From Tubiluchus corallicola (Eukaryota; Animalia; Priapulida): DNA of 64,000 bases. The DNA is taken from NCBI GenBank assembly GCA_030141605.1, contig JAQGDQ010000068.1:434001-498000 (forward strand), written 5' to 3'. Position numbers and translations under genes: made by a program. Below are positions 1-14,234 of the stretch, piece after piece (positions within the stretch are counted from its first letter, which is position 1; every line of letters starts with the position of its first letter). The notes below the pieces were generated by a model. The model searched no databases. It was not told the origin of the DNA and was given only the letters and a program-made list of their open reading frames with translations.

Positions 1-61
1 GATCAAAAGTACCGGGAAAGCAGTGAAGATTGGCGAAAATTCTGATAAAGCTAACACAAAA

Positions 62-1519
62 CCTTACCTTAGACCTTAGTCCTTCCTGCGCATTGATGCA
101 CATTGGGCAGACAGCATTTTCCACTGAGTTCTATCGGCGGCTTCGTTCTCTACGTTTTCCCAACGTATGTTGACAGCTCGAAGGTCTTCTTTGAAGGATC
201 TGCGCCACGTTGTTTTTGGCCGACCTCTTTTTCGTTTCCCACCAGGTGGTTCCCACTGTACTGCTGTTTTGGCGTAACGACTTTCTGATAGACGGAGAAT
301 ATGTCCAGCCAGTTTCATTCTTCTCTCTGTAACTATATCTTGTAACCGCAATGACTGCGCTCGTTGAAGAACTTCTACATTGGTGACATGGTCGCGGTAG
401 GAGATTTTTAGTATCTTTCGAAGGCATTTTTGGTGGAAGACGTTCAGTTTCTTTGATAACTCCGCTGTGACTTTCCAGGTTTCGCTGGCATAGAGAGCCG
501 TTGGCAGCACAATGGCGTTGTACAGACGAAGTTTGATTTTCATGTCAATTTTCTTGCTTGTCCAGATTTTTCCCATCTTCCTAAATACTGCTGTTGCTTT
601 GCCGATTCTCCCCCTGATGTCATTTTCTGTACCTCCATTACAGGTCATCACACTGCCCAGATATGAAAAACTGGTAACGTTCTTAACCATTTGGCCTCCC
701 ACTGTTATATGTACATCATTCTGTTGGTTTGTCCACACTTTCAAAACTTTGGTCTTTTCTTGACTAATTCTCAATCCAATTTTTCCCGCTACTTCTTCCA
801 TACTTGTGGTCAGTTGTTGCAGGCTTTCTTTTGATGTTTCCAGAAGAGCTATATCGTCAGCAAAGTCCAGATCTGCCAATCGTTGTTGTTGTTTCCATTG
901 CATTCCTAGATCTTTACCATCAACCGCCTTCTTCATGATGAAATCAATCGTCAGTAGGAACAGGAATGGCGACATAATGCAACCCTGCTTAACTCCAGTT
1001 TCGATGGTGAAATACTCGGTGTTTCCCTCTTGTGTTCTTATACAACAGCCGCTGTTTTGGTAAAAGTTCTGGATGGTTGAAATGAATTTCTGTGGGATAC
1101 CATACAGAGAAGCAATTTTCCATAGAGACTGCCTGTGAACAGAGTCAAAAGCCTTCTTGAAATCAATAAAATTGATTAATAAGGGCTGTTGGAATTCCAT
1201 ACATTGCTCAATGATGTTTCTGAGAGTGAATATCTGTTCACAGCATGATCTTCCTTTTCTAAATCCAGCTTGTTGTTCTCTTAGTCTTATATCAACAGCA
1301 TCTCTCAACCGATCTAGCAGCACTATACTCAGGACTTTTCCAGGTATTGACATCAGAGTTATTCCTCTCCAATTATTGCAATCTGTCAGGTTCCCTTTTT
1401 TAGGCAACTTCACGATGACTCCATTTCTCCAATCTTCGGGGACCTTTTGTTGTTCCCAGCAGCTGTTCAGGAGCTTTGTCATTGATCGTGTTATCCCTTT
1501 AAGGATTGTTAACGTTTGT
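62..1519 (-). mobile_element. 5'-truncated RTE-clade non-LTR retrotransposon with 10-bp target site duplication
   Basis: Contains the RT ORF 76-1482; short TAAGG-type tandem tail directly after the stop (62-79); identical TAACACAAAA at 52-61 and 1520-1529 flanks the element. Confidence 0.9.
76..1482 (-). CDS. RTE-type reverse transcriptase, C-terminal part of ORF (endonuclease missing)
   Basis: Motifs KKGNLTDCNNWRGITL, QQAGFRKGRSC, FIDFKKAFDSV, GVKQGCIMSP, DLDFADDIALL, FSYLGS and the RTE-typical C-terminal KRKRGRPKTTW; no internal stops. Confidence 0.92.
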   Translation of the reverse strand: MTKLLNSCWEQQKVPEDWRNGVIVKLPKKGNLTDCNNWRGITLMSIPGKVLSIVLLDRLRDAVDIRLREQQAGFRKGRSCCEQIFTLRNIIEQCMEFQQPLLINFIDFKKAFDSVHRQSLWKIASLYGIPQKFISTIQNFYQNSGCCIRTQEGNTEYFTIETGVKQGCIMSPFLFLLTIDFIMKKAVDGKDLGMQWKQQQRLADLDFADDIALLETSKESLQQLTTSMEEVAGKIGLRISQEKTKVLKVWTNQQNDVHITVGGQMVKNVTSFSYLGSVMTCNGGTENDIRGRIGKATAVFRKMGKIWTSKKIDMKIKLRLYNAIVLPTALYASETWKVTAELSKKLNVFHQKCLRKILKISYRDHVTNVEVLQRAQSLRLQDIVTERRMKLAGHILRLSESRYAKTAVQWEPPGGKRKRGRPKTTWRRSFKEDLRAVNIRWENVENEAADRTQWKMLSAQCASMRRKD

Positions 1520-1880
1520 TAACACAAAAGGCATAACAAAATTGTAACACTGATCCACATTGACCATAATTAACATTCTTCATGGTAATAATAAGAATTC
1601 ACAATAAACTTATGCATTATATCATTACATTCTCAAACTCGGTTTCGCCTTACTTCAAACTAACTAATTAAGTAAACTAATGGATGAAAATTAACTTATT
1701 TATTCATTAAATGATGTATGAATAAATAAATGCCTTTTCACCATGACATTCTGTAAAAGATAGCTGTGGCGGTTTTTCACACTTTTTCTGAAACCGTTAG
1801 CATCACAAATGCTTCGTAACAACAATGAACACTTCTCGTACAATAGCGCAAGTATTTCGTAGAAATGTGATTCTTTGTCC

Positions 1881-2693
1881 AGGTATAGCAGGCCAAATTA
1901 ACCACTGCCCAGACTAAACCCGGGTAAAGTTTGGCCTGGCCTGAGTATACCCCGGGAGATAAACTGTCATAGTCTATTCTGATGTTATCAGTGCTTAACT
2001 TTGTATGTTTATATTGATCCGGGGTTCGACCCGGTAGATAGCCTTACGGCCCGCCATCGGTGATGGGGGTAAGCGCTGCATAACGGACACTCCGGTAGAA
2101 ATTTAAAGAAAAAGAAACAACAAAACCAAAACTTAGAATTCAAAAGGGACGGCTGAGAAGAACAACACAATAGAAAAAAAGCAAAACCTGATGACAATGC
2201 TTCAAACCTTATGGAATCCACGACACTCGGCAGGCAGACAGGAGAAGTGCATTCCACGACAACCAGAAGACAACTGACGATGTCACGAGTTCGTTCTTTC
2301 CACAGGAAACCACTGCTCAACCAATCGCAGGTAATGTTATGGGTTTCCTAGTTTAAAGTGGAGGTCATAACATTACCTGTATGTTGGGCTGGCCTGGTGC
2401 CTATGAATAAAACTGTATAATGCACTGTTCCCTGTTCAGCTCAATATTGTAGCGAGGACTTGCTAGTCTTAGAAGTAGCAGTTTCGGGACGTTATGACTT
2501 TTATCACATTATGTTTCAATCGCATTACGTTGTCTTAGGCACGTGTTTTTATTTTAATATGTAAATGTTATATAATCTGGCCTGGGAGTATGAACTGAGC
2601 TAGGTCATAATATACCCGGTGTCTAATTAGCCAAGCCGCTTCAACCTCTGGGTATAGTTTTGAATGGTGGTATACTATGGCCTGTTACACCGG
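1881..2693. repeat. Probable non-autonomous repeat (GGCCTG/ATACCCGG sub-repeats) interrupted by a ~0.58-kb insert
   Basis: Related sub-repeats at 1881-1980 and 2570-2693 bracket a different sequence that contains a CCGGG-GTTCGA-CCCGG hairpin (2019-2034). Boundaries approximate. Confidence 0.3.
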
Positions 2694-5600
2694 AATTAAT
2701 CTAGTACATACTACAAATTTTTGACTTAGATCAAGCTTTTTCAAGTATGTTCATCAATAATGGTGATAAAAAGGCCGGGTAACATAAAAGTTGAAACTCG
2801 TTTTGTGATAAAGCCATGAAATCATAGAGTTATATTATTCAATGGCTGGTTGAAACATTATCGCGTTACAAAAACAAAGGGAGGATGAGCCAATGGCAAT
2901 GAAGTTATCTACAATACCTCCTTTTCAAGAATACTACTAAACCGCGCTGGGTTTAAAGCTTGAATCACTTGATCTGGTTGATCAGCAACTGTTAAGCATA
3001 ATGCGTTATGTACACTGTTTATATACAAACTGAAACTGATTGGCACTGTTATCGTGTAAAAGATCTAACTTGGCAATTTAAGGAACAAGCACTGGCAAAT
3101 TTGTTAATATTTAGGCGTCTGGGGGCACTGGAGGCACCCTGGTGACCAGTAATTCAAACATTTTCTTTCTAATCAGACTTTCTCTTTTCTCAGAATTTTT
3201 CCAAAGTCTGAATATGAAACATTTACCTTGCTAGGCAAGCACAGATAATGACCAGATAAAATTGTACACTAATGAAAATTAATTCTTAATAACAGGAATA
3301 ATAACAATTAAAGCAAATATCGGGAATTAAAATATCCCACAATGAAAAACCGAGGAAAAAGAAAGAAAAAATAAAGAACACGACGTCTCAAACTGCTGTT
3401 ACAATATATTTTCGGGTTTCTCTCTATTGGTTTTCTAAGGACAGAAAATCACTGGGAATCACTAATACTATTTTTAGGGATTTTTTTAATTTATAGTTAA
3501 TATGTTCAAATAGTTCATATTTGAACTTTGAACATATATGTGCAAGGCTTAAGCGTAGGCCTACATGCATTGAGGCCTGGCGCGCTTTTAAATTTAATAT
3601 AATCGCCAAAAGACTAGACACTAAATATAGATTGCCCCAAAATTGCGAAAGGGACTGCATTTCTGTAATTATTACAGCGAGATTATTTATCTAATTGAAA
3701 CATTTGACAAATCAACATGAAATAATTTGAATGTGAAGTAATTCTCCAAAACACATTACAGAGTACAAATAGAACAATATAATATAAAATATAATCCACA
3801 AAACAGCGACTGAAGATCAAAATGCACCACAAGTTTAAAGCACAAGAAAACCCTCCACTTGCATAAAGCTTAAAAATTCGTCTTGAAATTTTATACTACC
3901 TGCATACTGCCTTTGTGCACGCGCGGCTCGCGTTGGCAGTAATGAGCGTTAGGCGCAGCCATTTTAACGGTAGATCGTTTGAAACAAGTTCAGATAACAT
4001 TACGTGAAGTTTGAAAAATAATCAGATTGAGTCAGCGACATTTTACAAATTGGCAAGAACAATTTTTAAAATTATTATTTCAAGTTACATAAGACTTTCT
4101 AGCAGATAAGCGAAATGCTAAGTAATGTAGATTTGCATGGAATTTTTTTTGAGACATAATTTACCATAGCGCCTTCTTACCCTGATCTGGCGACTTCGGA
4201 ACAGTAGTGCGGGAATTTAAAATGAAAACAAACAAAAAATCCTTTTAACGCGCGTACGATATATGCATAAAATTGCTATAAAGTAATATAATTTATTAAG
4301 GCGATTTTTTTCTGAAACCTACAATAGGTACCAATTTTCTTGTCCTTTAAGGAAGGCTGCGCCTAAATAGTAAGTAGATAAGCGCCCACCAGAAATACTG
4401 CTCCCGAATGTTTCATATGCCGTCTTTAACTATTTCTTTCTTTTGAATGAATGGTACGTATCGACATTCTGGTGTGGCTCAAACGCCTCTGCTGGCTTAG
4501 CATGGAATTCCATAGAATTGCCTCTGGTAAGTAGCCAGGTCCAGTCCTGCCACACCATTAAAACAATAAAGCTGTTGAGCACCTTACCCTTGAGTGCTGA
4601 ATAGCCATTTACACTGATCAATTCCTTAAGTAGCCGGCTAGCTGACGGACAACAAATTGATTCCACGCGCGTAAAATCATTAAAAACTTCAGACGGACTG
4701 TGAAATATGGCATTTTGATGCCTCATATAATAAAACCGTCGGAACGATTATTGCTCGTATCGATGACGACATGCTTCCGTGCTGCCCCATCGGAATTTAC
4801 TTAACATCACAGATATTCCGGCACGCATATGACAGAGGGTAAGTTAAATTAATGAGAATTTCATCTTTCATAACTCTTTCAGTGTTCAGCTGTTCAGCAA
4901 AGCTTGAGGGAATGATGCATGTGGTGACTGGCGAAGTTATAAATTCATTTGTTTTAAACAGCTGCGTCGTCAACGGCAAAGTCGTTATGGCCTGAATGTA
5001 ATTAATTAGAAAGAAAAGAACCTCGATCTGTGCTAGATCTGTGAAAAGATAATCACGAATCGTAATAGGTTGTCGGATACACATTACTTTAATCATTTTA
5101 CTCTTACAAATTATACTGGGTGATCTCAGTGTTGTTGTCTGCAGTCGGGTTCACTTGTTAACAGAGATCACTGATTTACAATATTCATTTCAAAATATAT
5201 ATTTTTGAATTAATGATGGTGTGAACACAAAAATTATTATTAAACATAAAACACAATGTCTCCTGGTTCAACTTCAAACTCAGGCTTGGTCCCAACTTTT
5301 TTACAATTGTACGTCTTTCAGTGAAGTTTGGTTTCAACAATTGAACAATTATATGGGCTCATTCCATAGTAGTTACACAATATTTGCACTTTCTAAGCAC
5401 TCAATTTGTCCAGTGAAAGAAATTGAGTGAATTCTTACAGTACTTGATTTTAGTTAAACAGAATCGTCAACAAAACTTCGGGTGTTTTACGGAAATGTGG
5501 TATACACGGTAACCTAAACGTAAATCATAGCACGTTTTATTGAATTTTTACCGATGTTTATTTAGCGGTACAGCACCTGTTCCAACGTCAGAAAACAGCG

Positions 5601-6746
5601 GTCCTACAAAATGTAACTCGGAACTTTTCAAGTTAATTTATGATGATGATTTCTCCTTCCGAAGTTTAATGTTCCCAAGACGAACGTAAAATCTTTTGAA
5701 CACAAACTGCTTTAACGATGCACGATTAATTTTGTTTATATATGATTAAATAGATTAGAGCCAAGAATACTGAATTACTGAACTACAGAATACTGAACAC
5801 CGGGCAATGTAAAATCAGACTCTAGTAGAAAGTTTCAAATACGAAAAAAGGTTGAAAGTTGCCGCTACACGATGTATCACAATTAAGTACTCTCATATGC
5901 ATGGAAAGTGAAGTGGATTTTTTTGCAAAATGTATCTTGATTGACTTATTGGTCATATATAAACACATAACTATTGTTTTCTAAAAAAACTTTTGTAGGA
6001 AACTTTGCACACCATTTTAAACAACTTCAGCATTAAACTGTGATGAAGTACCACATGAATTTGTCGAACAAGCGAAATTACGCACCCTTAGTAACTATTT
6101 TAAAATAACTACGTGTAACTGCACAACTAGAGTGAGCCTACGGCAGCTGTATCCGTATGGGTGCATATAACTATTCTAAATTGAATTTTAATCCATATTC
6201 TTTTTGATAACCGGACAAAAGGAAAACACGCTAATCGATGTTATGTGCTGTTGTATAAATTTTATTGCTCTTGTGCTAACGTGCTTCTCGGTTTTTCAGA
6301 CGCAATTGCCTGAATCCCTTCAGTTTAGGATCCACTTTACAAACGACCGCAGCGGCCTCATAAAGAACTAAAATGTTTGACAGGTTGAGGAATACTTAGA
6401 CAAGCAGCAATAAAGCTGCTGATATACACATTTGGGACTACTGTCAGCCAATAAGTTCATCGAGTTAACAAAATTGAATTTGAACATTTGTGCCTCGCAG
6501 CTCCTGGGAGCTAGCCTTGCTTGAACTGATTAGAATAATGATTTATTTAAAACTGCCGGCGAAAATTGGCACTAAACTTTGGCTTTAATCAACCGAATTT
6601 AAGAATTGAAAAAGGATTGGAGTGGTGGTGGCCCAGAACTTTGTTTCGTAACGACAGGCAACAAGGCAAATGCGCATGCAAAATAAAGAAAGTTGAAAGA
6701 AGAAATAACGTGAGATAGTCCAACAAACTTAACTGTCCGTCGACTA

Positions 6747-6750
<4 letters not shown>

Positions 6751-6807
<57 letters not shown>
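6751..6807. repeat. (CT)n microsatellite
   Basis: Direct observation. Confidence 0.97.
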
Positions 6808-6810
<3 letters not shown>

Positions 6811-7659
6811 TTTCTTCTTCTTTTTTACAACCTCGGCGGCCCGGCGTTTGATTTACTAACCCATCTTTAGATGCGGAATTTCTTTCCTAAAATGCGGTTG
6901 GAAATGCTTGACCACAAATCACTCTAAGTCGGACTAGCCTCAGATGACAACGTTAACATTCTCATTGATGACTATTCATTCCAATCCCAATCCTAATAGC
7001 CTGTCACGCACCATTAACTAACCCACCAGTATCATAATTTAGAATTTCACTGAATGAATACAAGACTCTTATTGTGTGGTAGGTTGGTCACTGATTGTTG
7101 GCTTCTTGATGGATCAATAATATAAATTGGGAGAACAAACAGAGGCGCAATCTTATGTTTAACCTAAGAATAAAATATGTTGTCCTAATTCTACTTTTAC
7201 CATACAGTCGAATCATGTCTCTCTTGAAAGACCACTGCAGCAAGACAAGAACTGTTTATTCCTGTTGTCCAGAGGAACACTTGCAAAGTATGATATTGTT
7301 ACGTACTAGAAGTATGAGTTTTTGAGATTTAGTTTACAAATAAGGAGCATCGGATATCAGCTTCTAAATGAAAACAATTTAACTAGTTGGTATCATTCTG
7401 TAACTTGCAAATAAAATAAATAACCACACTTGTTGCAGCAACATCTAGTCTATTTTTGTTTTTCATATCAATATTTCAGAATTTCGTCCTTCTCTTCATC
7501 GCTATAAGCCCCATTAGGTCTGTTATAGATACTGGGCATTCAAACCTCTAAAATAAAAGAAATCTGCCCAAGACAGGTAAACACAACAGTAAGCAAGCAA
7601 AAAACAAACAGTGCTATGCCAGTGGCTTGTCGGCACCACTTCCGATATTACGTCCTTGC

Positions 7660-8365
7660 CATCATCCTCATCACCATCATCTAGGTGCTTCTGCGTTCTA
7701 AAACATGGCGCACTCCACCTGTTTATGCCACACATTCCTGTTTACCACGCCACCGCCCGTGATACATCAGCCTTCAAATCTAAAGTTGTATTTACTGAAT
7801 ATTTTTTTGCATTATATCTATATACGGCAGTAGCGACCCTCTCTCGAATTTTTTGTCGTTTCAGGAGTTTTACGTAATGTTATAGGAACAGGGGTATCTT
7901 GTGGGTTCTTCTTGAGCACATCATACAGATCATCATTGGATATTCTGTCAAGAAATTTAATTCCTAGTAATTTCCTATAGAGACGTATTTGAAAAGTATT
8001 AATTTCCTTTTGCTGATTAACTTTTACTGTCCGTAGTTGAGCATTGAACATAGGTTCAACTAAGGTTGAAAAGATCCGGAGTTTAGTTTTAAGAGGAAGT
8101 CTAGTGTTTTCAAAAACCGTCGTAAGATAAGCAGACAATGCTATAATTTCCCTTCGTTGTATGTCGACTTCGGTGTCTAACAAGCTATCAAGGTTTTCGC
8201 ATCTTTTCCACGAATCATTACCTCCTCTCTGAATGTGGTATTGTTTTGCTTTGTATTGTTCACTTGAAGATTATATTTTTCTAAACGGTGGCTGATCGTG
8301 CGTTTTGTGCCTTGCAATTGCTCTCTATTACTGGTAATGTAAGCAATATCGTCCACATATTGCAC
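7660..8365 (-). mobile_element. Decayed RTE-like non-LTR retrotransposon fragment (RT C-terminal half, frameshifted)
   Basis: QYVDDIAYI (YxDD), LEKYNLQVNNTK, LPLKTKLRIFSTLVEPM and RKLLGIKFLDRISNDDLY across two frames; (GAT)n-like tail at ~7660-7681. Confidence 0.7.
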
Positions 8366-9831
8366 GGAAATTAAAGATGAAGGTCTTCTGAAAGTAGCAT
8401 AATTATGTTCAACTAATGTATCTGGTCTGACGTTTTCTGGATTAATCTCTGTATAGACATTATCATTACTACTTATTTCGAAATTGCAACACTATTTTAA
8501 ATTTGACAGTAGCATAAACAATAAGAATATTTACACATTATAACCACTTAAACAAAAACGGACAATAATTTAATGCTCCTTCAATGTTAAAACAGAATGA
8601 CGTGCTCATCTTTCCTTCACATCGGCCTTGCAAGAACATTTTAATAAAGTGCAATTCCTCTTCTTCGCCTTCACGTCCTTGTCATCATCATCATTATACG
8701 CCCGTCACGTCTATTGTAGACATTGGACAGGCAGAATTCTAAAATAAAAGAAATTTGCCTTCAGACAGGTAAACGCAGCAGTAATCCAGAAGAAAAACTA
8801 GACACTGCTACGCCAGTGGCTTGTCAGCACCACGTCCTTGTCAAGAATATGTAGCCAAACATATAATATGCAATGTCTTAGATTATAATATTGTTGACGC
8901 CAAATTTAGTGAAATTCCGTTCAAATTGATTTCTTGCAAATAAACTTACAACGGCCATCCCTTATCACATTAAATTTTCAAGTATAAGAAGAGGATCAGA
9001 AAACTTTCCCTAATCTTTCTGTCAACTGTGTTTTTGCACTTTCTAACTAAGCTGATAGCGATAGGAGCTTTCAGCTGACATTTAGCATGGTTAATTGTTG
9101 GTACAATTTTTCTAAGAAGAGTTTAGGTCCTGTAATATCTGCTCTCATCATTACAAAAATAATTGTACAATAGCCTAGTTGACGTCTCTATTAAAAAGAC
9201 TCTGCGATGTTTGACATAAAAAAAGAAAAGTATGCTAGATTTTACTGCAACAAGCCTGATTATTTATTTTATTTAAGGACCGTAATTCTAAAAGGAACAT
9301 GATTCGTGCATAGCTAGCTAATCATTTATAATTTTTATTTTAATGTTTTTCAATAACCTTAACGATTAATCTGCATTTACTGAATTTTTGAAACCAAACT
9401 CCATTCAATAACCTTAAAATTAGGATTATAAATAATTAACTAGTATTAGTGTCGCAAAGTTCTAGTCCCACAGCCGTATCAGTGCGGTGACGAATACCTT
9501 AATTAGTTAAATGATGCGTTATGCTATGCACTTTTAATTCAAATATTCCAGACACATTCTTGCATATTGTATCAACTCAAGCATATCAGGGCAATACATC
9601 TTTGTATTACAACCACTGCGGGAAAATATTATTTTTATGAGTGTGATAGACATGAAAGTTTCTAAAAGTGCCACAATCAAGTCTTCGGCGTGGTCACATT
9701 TCGGAAAATTTAATAATTTTAAAAATGAAAACAGTGATATGAAAATACAATACAACTCCGAAGTTACGCAATCTGCAGCGTTTTGTATGTAACTTAATAA
9801 AAACGGAACATATTATAACCTTAAAAACTCT

Positions 9832-9837
<6 letters not shown>

Positions 9838-9922
<85 letters not shown>

Positions 9923-9992
9923 CCTCTCTCTGCCCCCTCTGTCTCTCGCTTTCTCTCTCTCTTTCCCTCTCTCTCTCTCAATCTCTCTCTCT

Positions 9993-10083
<91 letters not shown>

Positions 10084-10095
10084 CCTCTCTCTCCT
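9838..10095. repeat. Compound (CT)n microsatellite
   Basis: Direct observation; source of the spurious RE-repeat ORF 9694-10119. Confidence 0.97.
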
Positions 10096-12431
10096 CATGT
10101 TGCATAAATCTGACGACACTCGCCTAAAATAATTGCGTAGGCCTTATCTCTTCTTTTTCTATTATATCAATTCAACCTTAATTCCTGACACACTACTGCA
10201 CATCATTCAACCTTTTTAATTAAAACAAATTAGAACAAAATATTTACTCATATTCAGATAATATTTTGGCGCAAACTTTAAGAGATTCCTTAATTGAAAA
10301 TACTCCTTTGCATATGAATATTTGATATGAATATTTATTTAATATGAATACAACCGTCTCTTAAGTTCTGAGATATTGGACAGCTTTGCAATACATGCAG
10401 TTCCGTCTGAATGTTTCGGCCACAGTCATGTACATAATATAATGCGGCGCTTTTTATCATTCAATTGCCCATTTTCTATACGGGTTTCATTAAGTAATTA
10501 AATCAAAACGGCCGAAGAAATATTTTTGTAAACAATTATTAAAAATAAAGAAGGCACAGCCAGTTAAAACTATAAATACAGTACGGAAAATCTTCGCAAG
10601 CATTCAAACGTATGCTTAATCTAAAGACGGGGACGATGTAATTGCACGCAAAATCTAGTAAATTAAATTCGCTGTTCCTCTACGACGTCTGCTGTGTCAC
10701 AAGTGTTTCCAGTCGTGGATTTACGTATGCCTCTTCCGTGAGTCGATAAGTTATAATTGTTCGCTTTAAATTTTGCATGCTTCTCGGTATGTTCTCGTTT
10801 CGGTTAATATTCAAAATACCATCCGAACATCGCAAAAACCTTGAACTTTACTTTATTTTGCTTTTATTCGCGTTTCGGGTTATTATATATATGTCCCACT
10901 GATGTTATTATTTTGATGTTTGTTTTGATTGTTGATTTGATTCATTTGCAAGTGTTGCATAAGGTGCATCATATTAGCTGCTATTATATTAAGTTACTCG
11001 TAAGAAATTATCAAATGATCTTCTGGGTTACATCTGTTCATGCTGGAGCTTGGTTTTCGGTGTTAGTTCAGTATGCTTCCAAGTTCTGCGCAGTAAAGCT
11101 GGAACTGTGGCGCAAATTGAGGAATAAGTCTGTCTAATTAAATAGGCCCACCAAAATCCATTTGCTTGCGTGATCATAAGCGTCAAGTACAACCTATTCA
11201 AGAACGAATGTAATACTTTAACAGATTTCAGTAGTTTGGCAAAAGAAAATTTGATTTTTTCAGTTATGGCAATCGTTCTTTGGGGTATTTTTCAGGAAAT
11301 TTCTCATTTGACATTAAAACTTTATAATAGCCTGCTCTGCTCATAGACATGTAAAGTTATAATAATTTTAAATAAGGAGACATCCTTTGAATATTTCGAA
11401 ATACTATAACTATTTGGTTCTCTTAATGACTTTCTAATCGCTTTTATTAGTACAGTTTTTGCTGCTAATGCTGCTTGCGTTGTTCTATGTATTTCTACTT
11501 GTTCAGAAATATTCGGAGTAACTAGTCACACCAAATTAAAAATGTAAACCCATACACATTCAAATTTGGCAATTACATAATAGCGTACTTTTGTAGATTT
11601 TTAGGACATGCGCCATTAGCGTTACCTAAAAATTTAAAAAAATAACAGCGTTAGATATTTAAAGTAGCTTTAACAGAAAAACAAAAGAAACGATTTACTA
11701 AAAAAACTTATATCTGTCATTCCTTCATTTATTTTTAAACTGAAGTAAAGTCTGATTTTAGTGTAACCAAAATAAACATTAAGCAGTTTATCTTTGTTGA
11801 TAACAATATTTACTAAAAAATGAGAAGCGAGAGCATCGAACTGTTTGCAAAATGTTTACAAACCATATAAAATTCAATGTGGATTACTAATATTAAACAA
11901 ATTACTAGAACTTGAATCGGGCACGTCAACTAAATCTAGTTTTTGCGCAGTAATAATCATGAACACTTGAAATGTGTTTAACAGAACTATCAAAAATAAA
12001 TTAAATTGGAATTCATTCCAGCTGACGTACTATTTAACTCCAACTGCTAAGACCATTGGAATTCCTGTTTTCTTAATACAACTCAATTCAGATAACAGTC
12101 CTGCAAGAGAAATTCCAATTTAAACTCTTTGGATTGAGACATTTACCCGCAGAGCGACCAGGTCTTTCCCCAAGGTGACGCCCACTATTAACAATTTTTC
12201 TGTCTAGTCAATTGAAATCAAGCAAGTCAATTTCCTCAACTCTTTCAACAAGAGGGAAACTATTGTCAGCTGCCTTTTGTAAACTGTAACTGGATCAGTG
12301 AAACTTCTTTCTTGCCGCAGCTGTTTTTGTCTGAACAAATACTCTGTAATACGCTACACGTTCGGCTTTCCGTCAGACGTGTTACCGTCACATAAGTACT
12401 TACGTTTCTTGTTTCCTTTTTTCTTTCTACG

Positions 12432-12433
<2 letters not shown>

Positions 12434-12476
<43 letters not shown>
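12434..12476. repeat. (CT)n microsatellite
   Basis: Direct observation. Confidence 0.95.
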
Positions 12477-12479
<3 letters not shown>

Positions 12480-13779
12480 GTCATACACGCCTGTGCGTCA
12501 TACCCACAACTGTGACGTGTTTTGGTATCACGTGATTAGACTGTTGGGATTTGCTGACGTTCCGCCTGTACTATTATTAGATTTATGAAACCTTGAGCAG
12601 GTGGGTAACGCCAATGTCTCCCAGGACAACTCAAACCACATATAAGTACTATGATATTTCGAAGGGTCCCAGAAGTTGAGATTATAGGATCCGCTTCATT
12701 GTAAGTAGATTAATGTACAAAAAGCCCGATGATAAGAAAAACTATGATTTCACCTAAAATATAGGCCCCACAAACCAGATTGCCTAAATCTGCACGTAAT
12801 ATTAAAATGTTTTTAGAATTAATGTGAATGTGAAATTTGAGGATGAGTTTTTGCTTTCTAAGAAGCAGTGACACTTCTGCGCGCCGATGCATGTCAACTG
12901 CTAACAGAAATACTCAGTAAAGTACTGTAAAATTTTTCTGAACTTTGGCGTATACTCATTACACACGATTTTTCTAAAATCGTGTGTAATGAGCCTTGTT
13001 GTACAAAAATTTACACTCTTTAATTCCCGACCACAACAGCCATCCATTTCTAGCGGACAGCCAAGAAAGACGATTTCTGTGGATGACAAAATTTTGGCAA
13101 ACCAACAATAAAACATTGTTCACCAAGACACTTTTTGGACGACATAATCCCCCAAAAAATCCGCCTCGGTCCTAAAATTCCCTATGTGAATGCAGCCTGC
13201 ATCAAGACTGGTATCATTTAAGACCGCTGCTAAAGTAGATTCAAACCAACAACAAATTTGATGAATTTATTAAACTAACTCTACAATTTCTACCTCTGCG
13301 TGTGTATCTTTAGACATTTTCCAGATCTCAGCTGTGATTTTCGTGCTCGGATATGGATTGCAGCCATTAAGAGCAATAAGGATATCATTTCCCAGCGATA
13401 AGTGATATCAATTAAGAGATCTGCGCTTGCAAAGAAACAAGAAAAACATTACCAAGAGCGCTAGGTCCGCTTTATCACGTGCTACCCATATTACGTACTC
13501 GTTTAGCTAGCAGTCATCGTTATTTTCAAGTTATCTAGACGGCGGCTACTTAACAAACCCTTCAAAGAAAGCTAAAATGTGAACCTAATTTGGATAGATC
13601 TTTCTTCATTTACAGATGGAATCGGGAGAAGGACGAAGCAAGAAAGAAAGAGGGAGAGAGGAAAAAGAGAAAAGAGAGATATTTTGATTTTATTTGCTTT
13701 ATATGCACATTAAGTTCATATACCCAAAATATTTGCAATAGACAGTATTTACAATTGAAAAATTATAATGAAAAAAATA

Positions 13780-13800
13780 GAGAAAGAGAGAGAGAGGGGG

Positions 13801-13883
<83 letters not shown>
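13780..13883. repeat. (GA)n microsatellite
   Basis: Direct observation. Confidence 0.95.
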
Positions 13884-13887
<4 letters not shown>

Positions 13888-14200
13888 CGCATTTAATTCA
13901 GATTTTGGAACGACATTTCGAGTGAAATATGTGTCGACAGCGAATTTCCATCTGATCGAGCGCTTTCCACACCCGTTTAAAGTCTGTTTCACTGCTGCCA
14001 ATGCAGTTATTCAAAAACTCAGCACATCTTATCATTTATACTTGAAATGCTGTCAAATACGTTTTGAGAGGAGTGACGTGTGCGTAAACTTGATGTCGAA
14101 TTTTCATGGAATTCGTAGTCGACGTATTTTTAAACCTCTTTCAAGCACATTCGGTTCAGTTGATTTTATTTGCTGAGCAATTAATTCTTACTTATCCAAC

Positions 14201-14234
<34 letters not shown>

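Noticed and set aside
4160-4202. APSYPDLATSE resembling the mariner YSPDLAPSD motif
   Set aside because: Too short and degenerate, with no TIRs identified.
9694-10119. RE-dipeptide ORFs (also 12266-12484 and 13590-13925)
   Set aside because: Translations of (CT/GA)n microsatellites.
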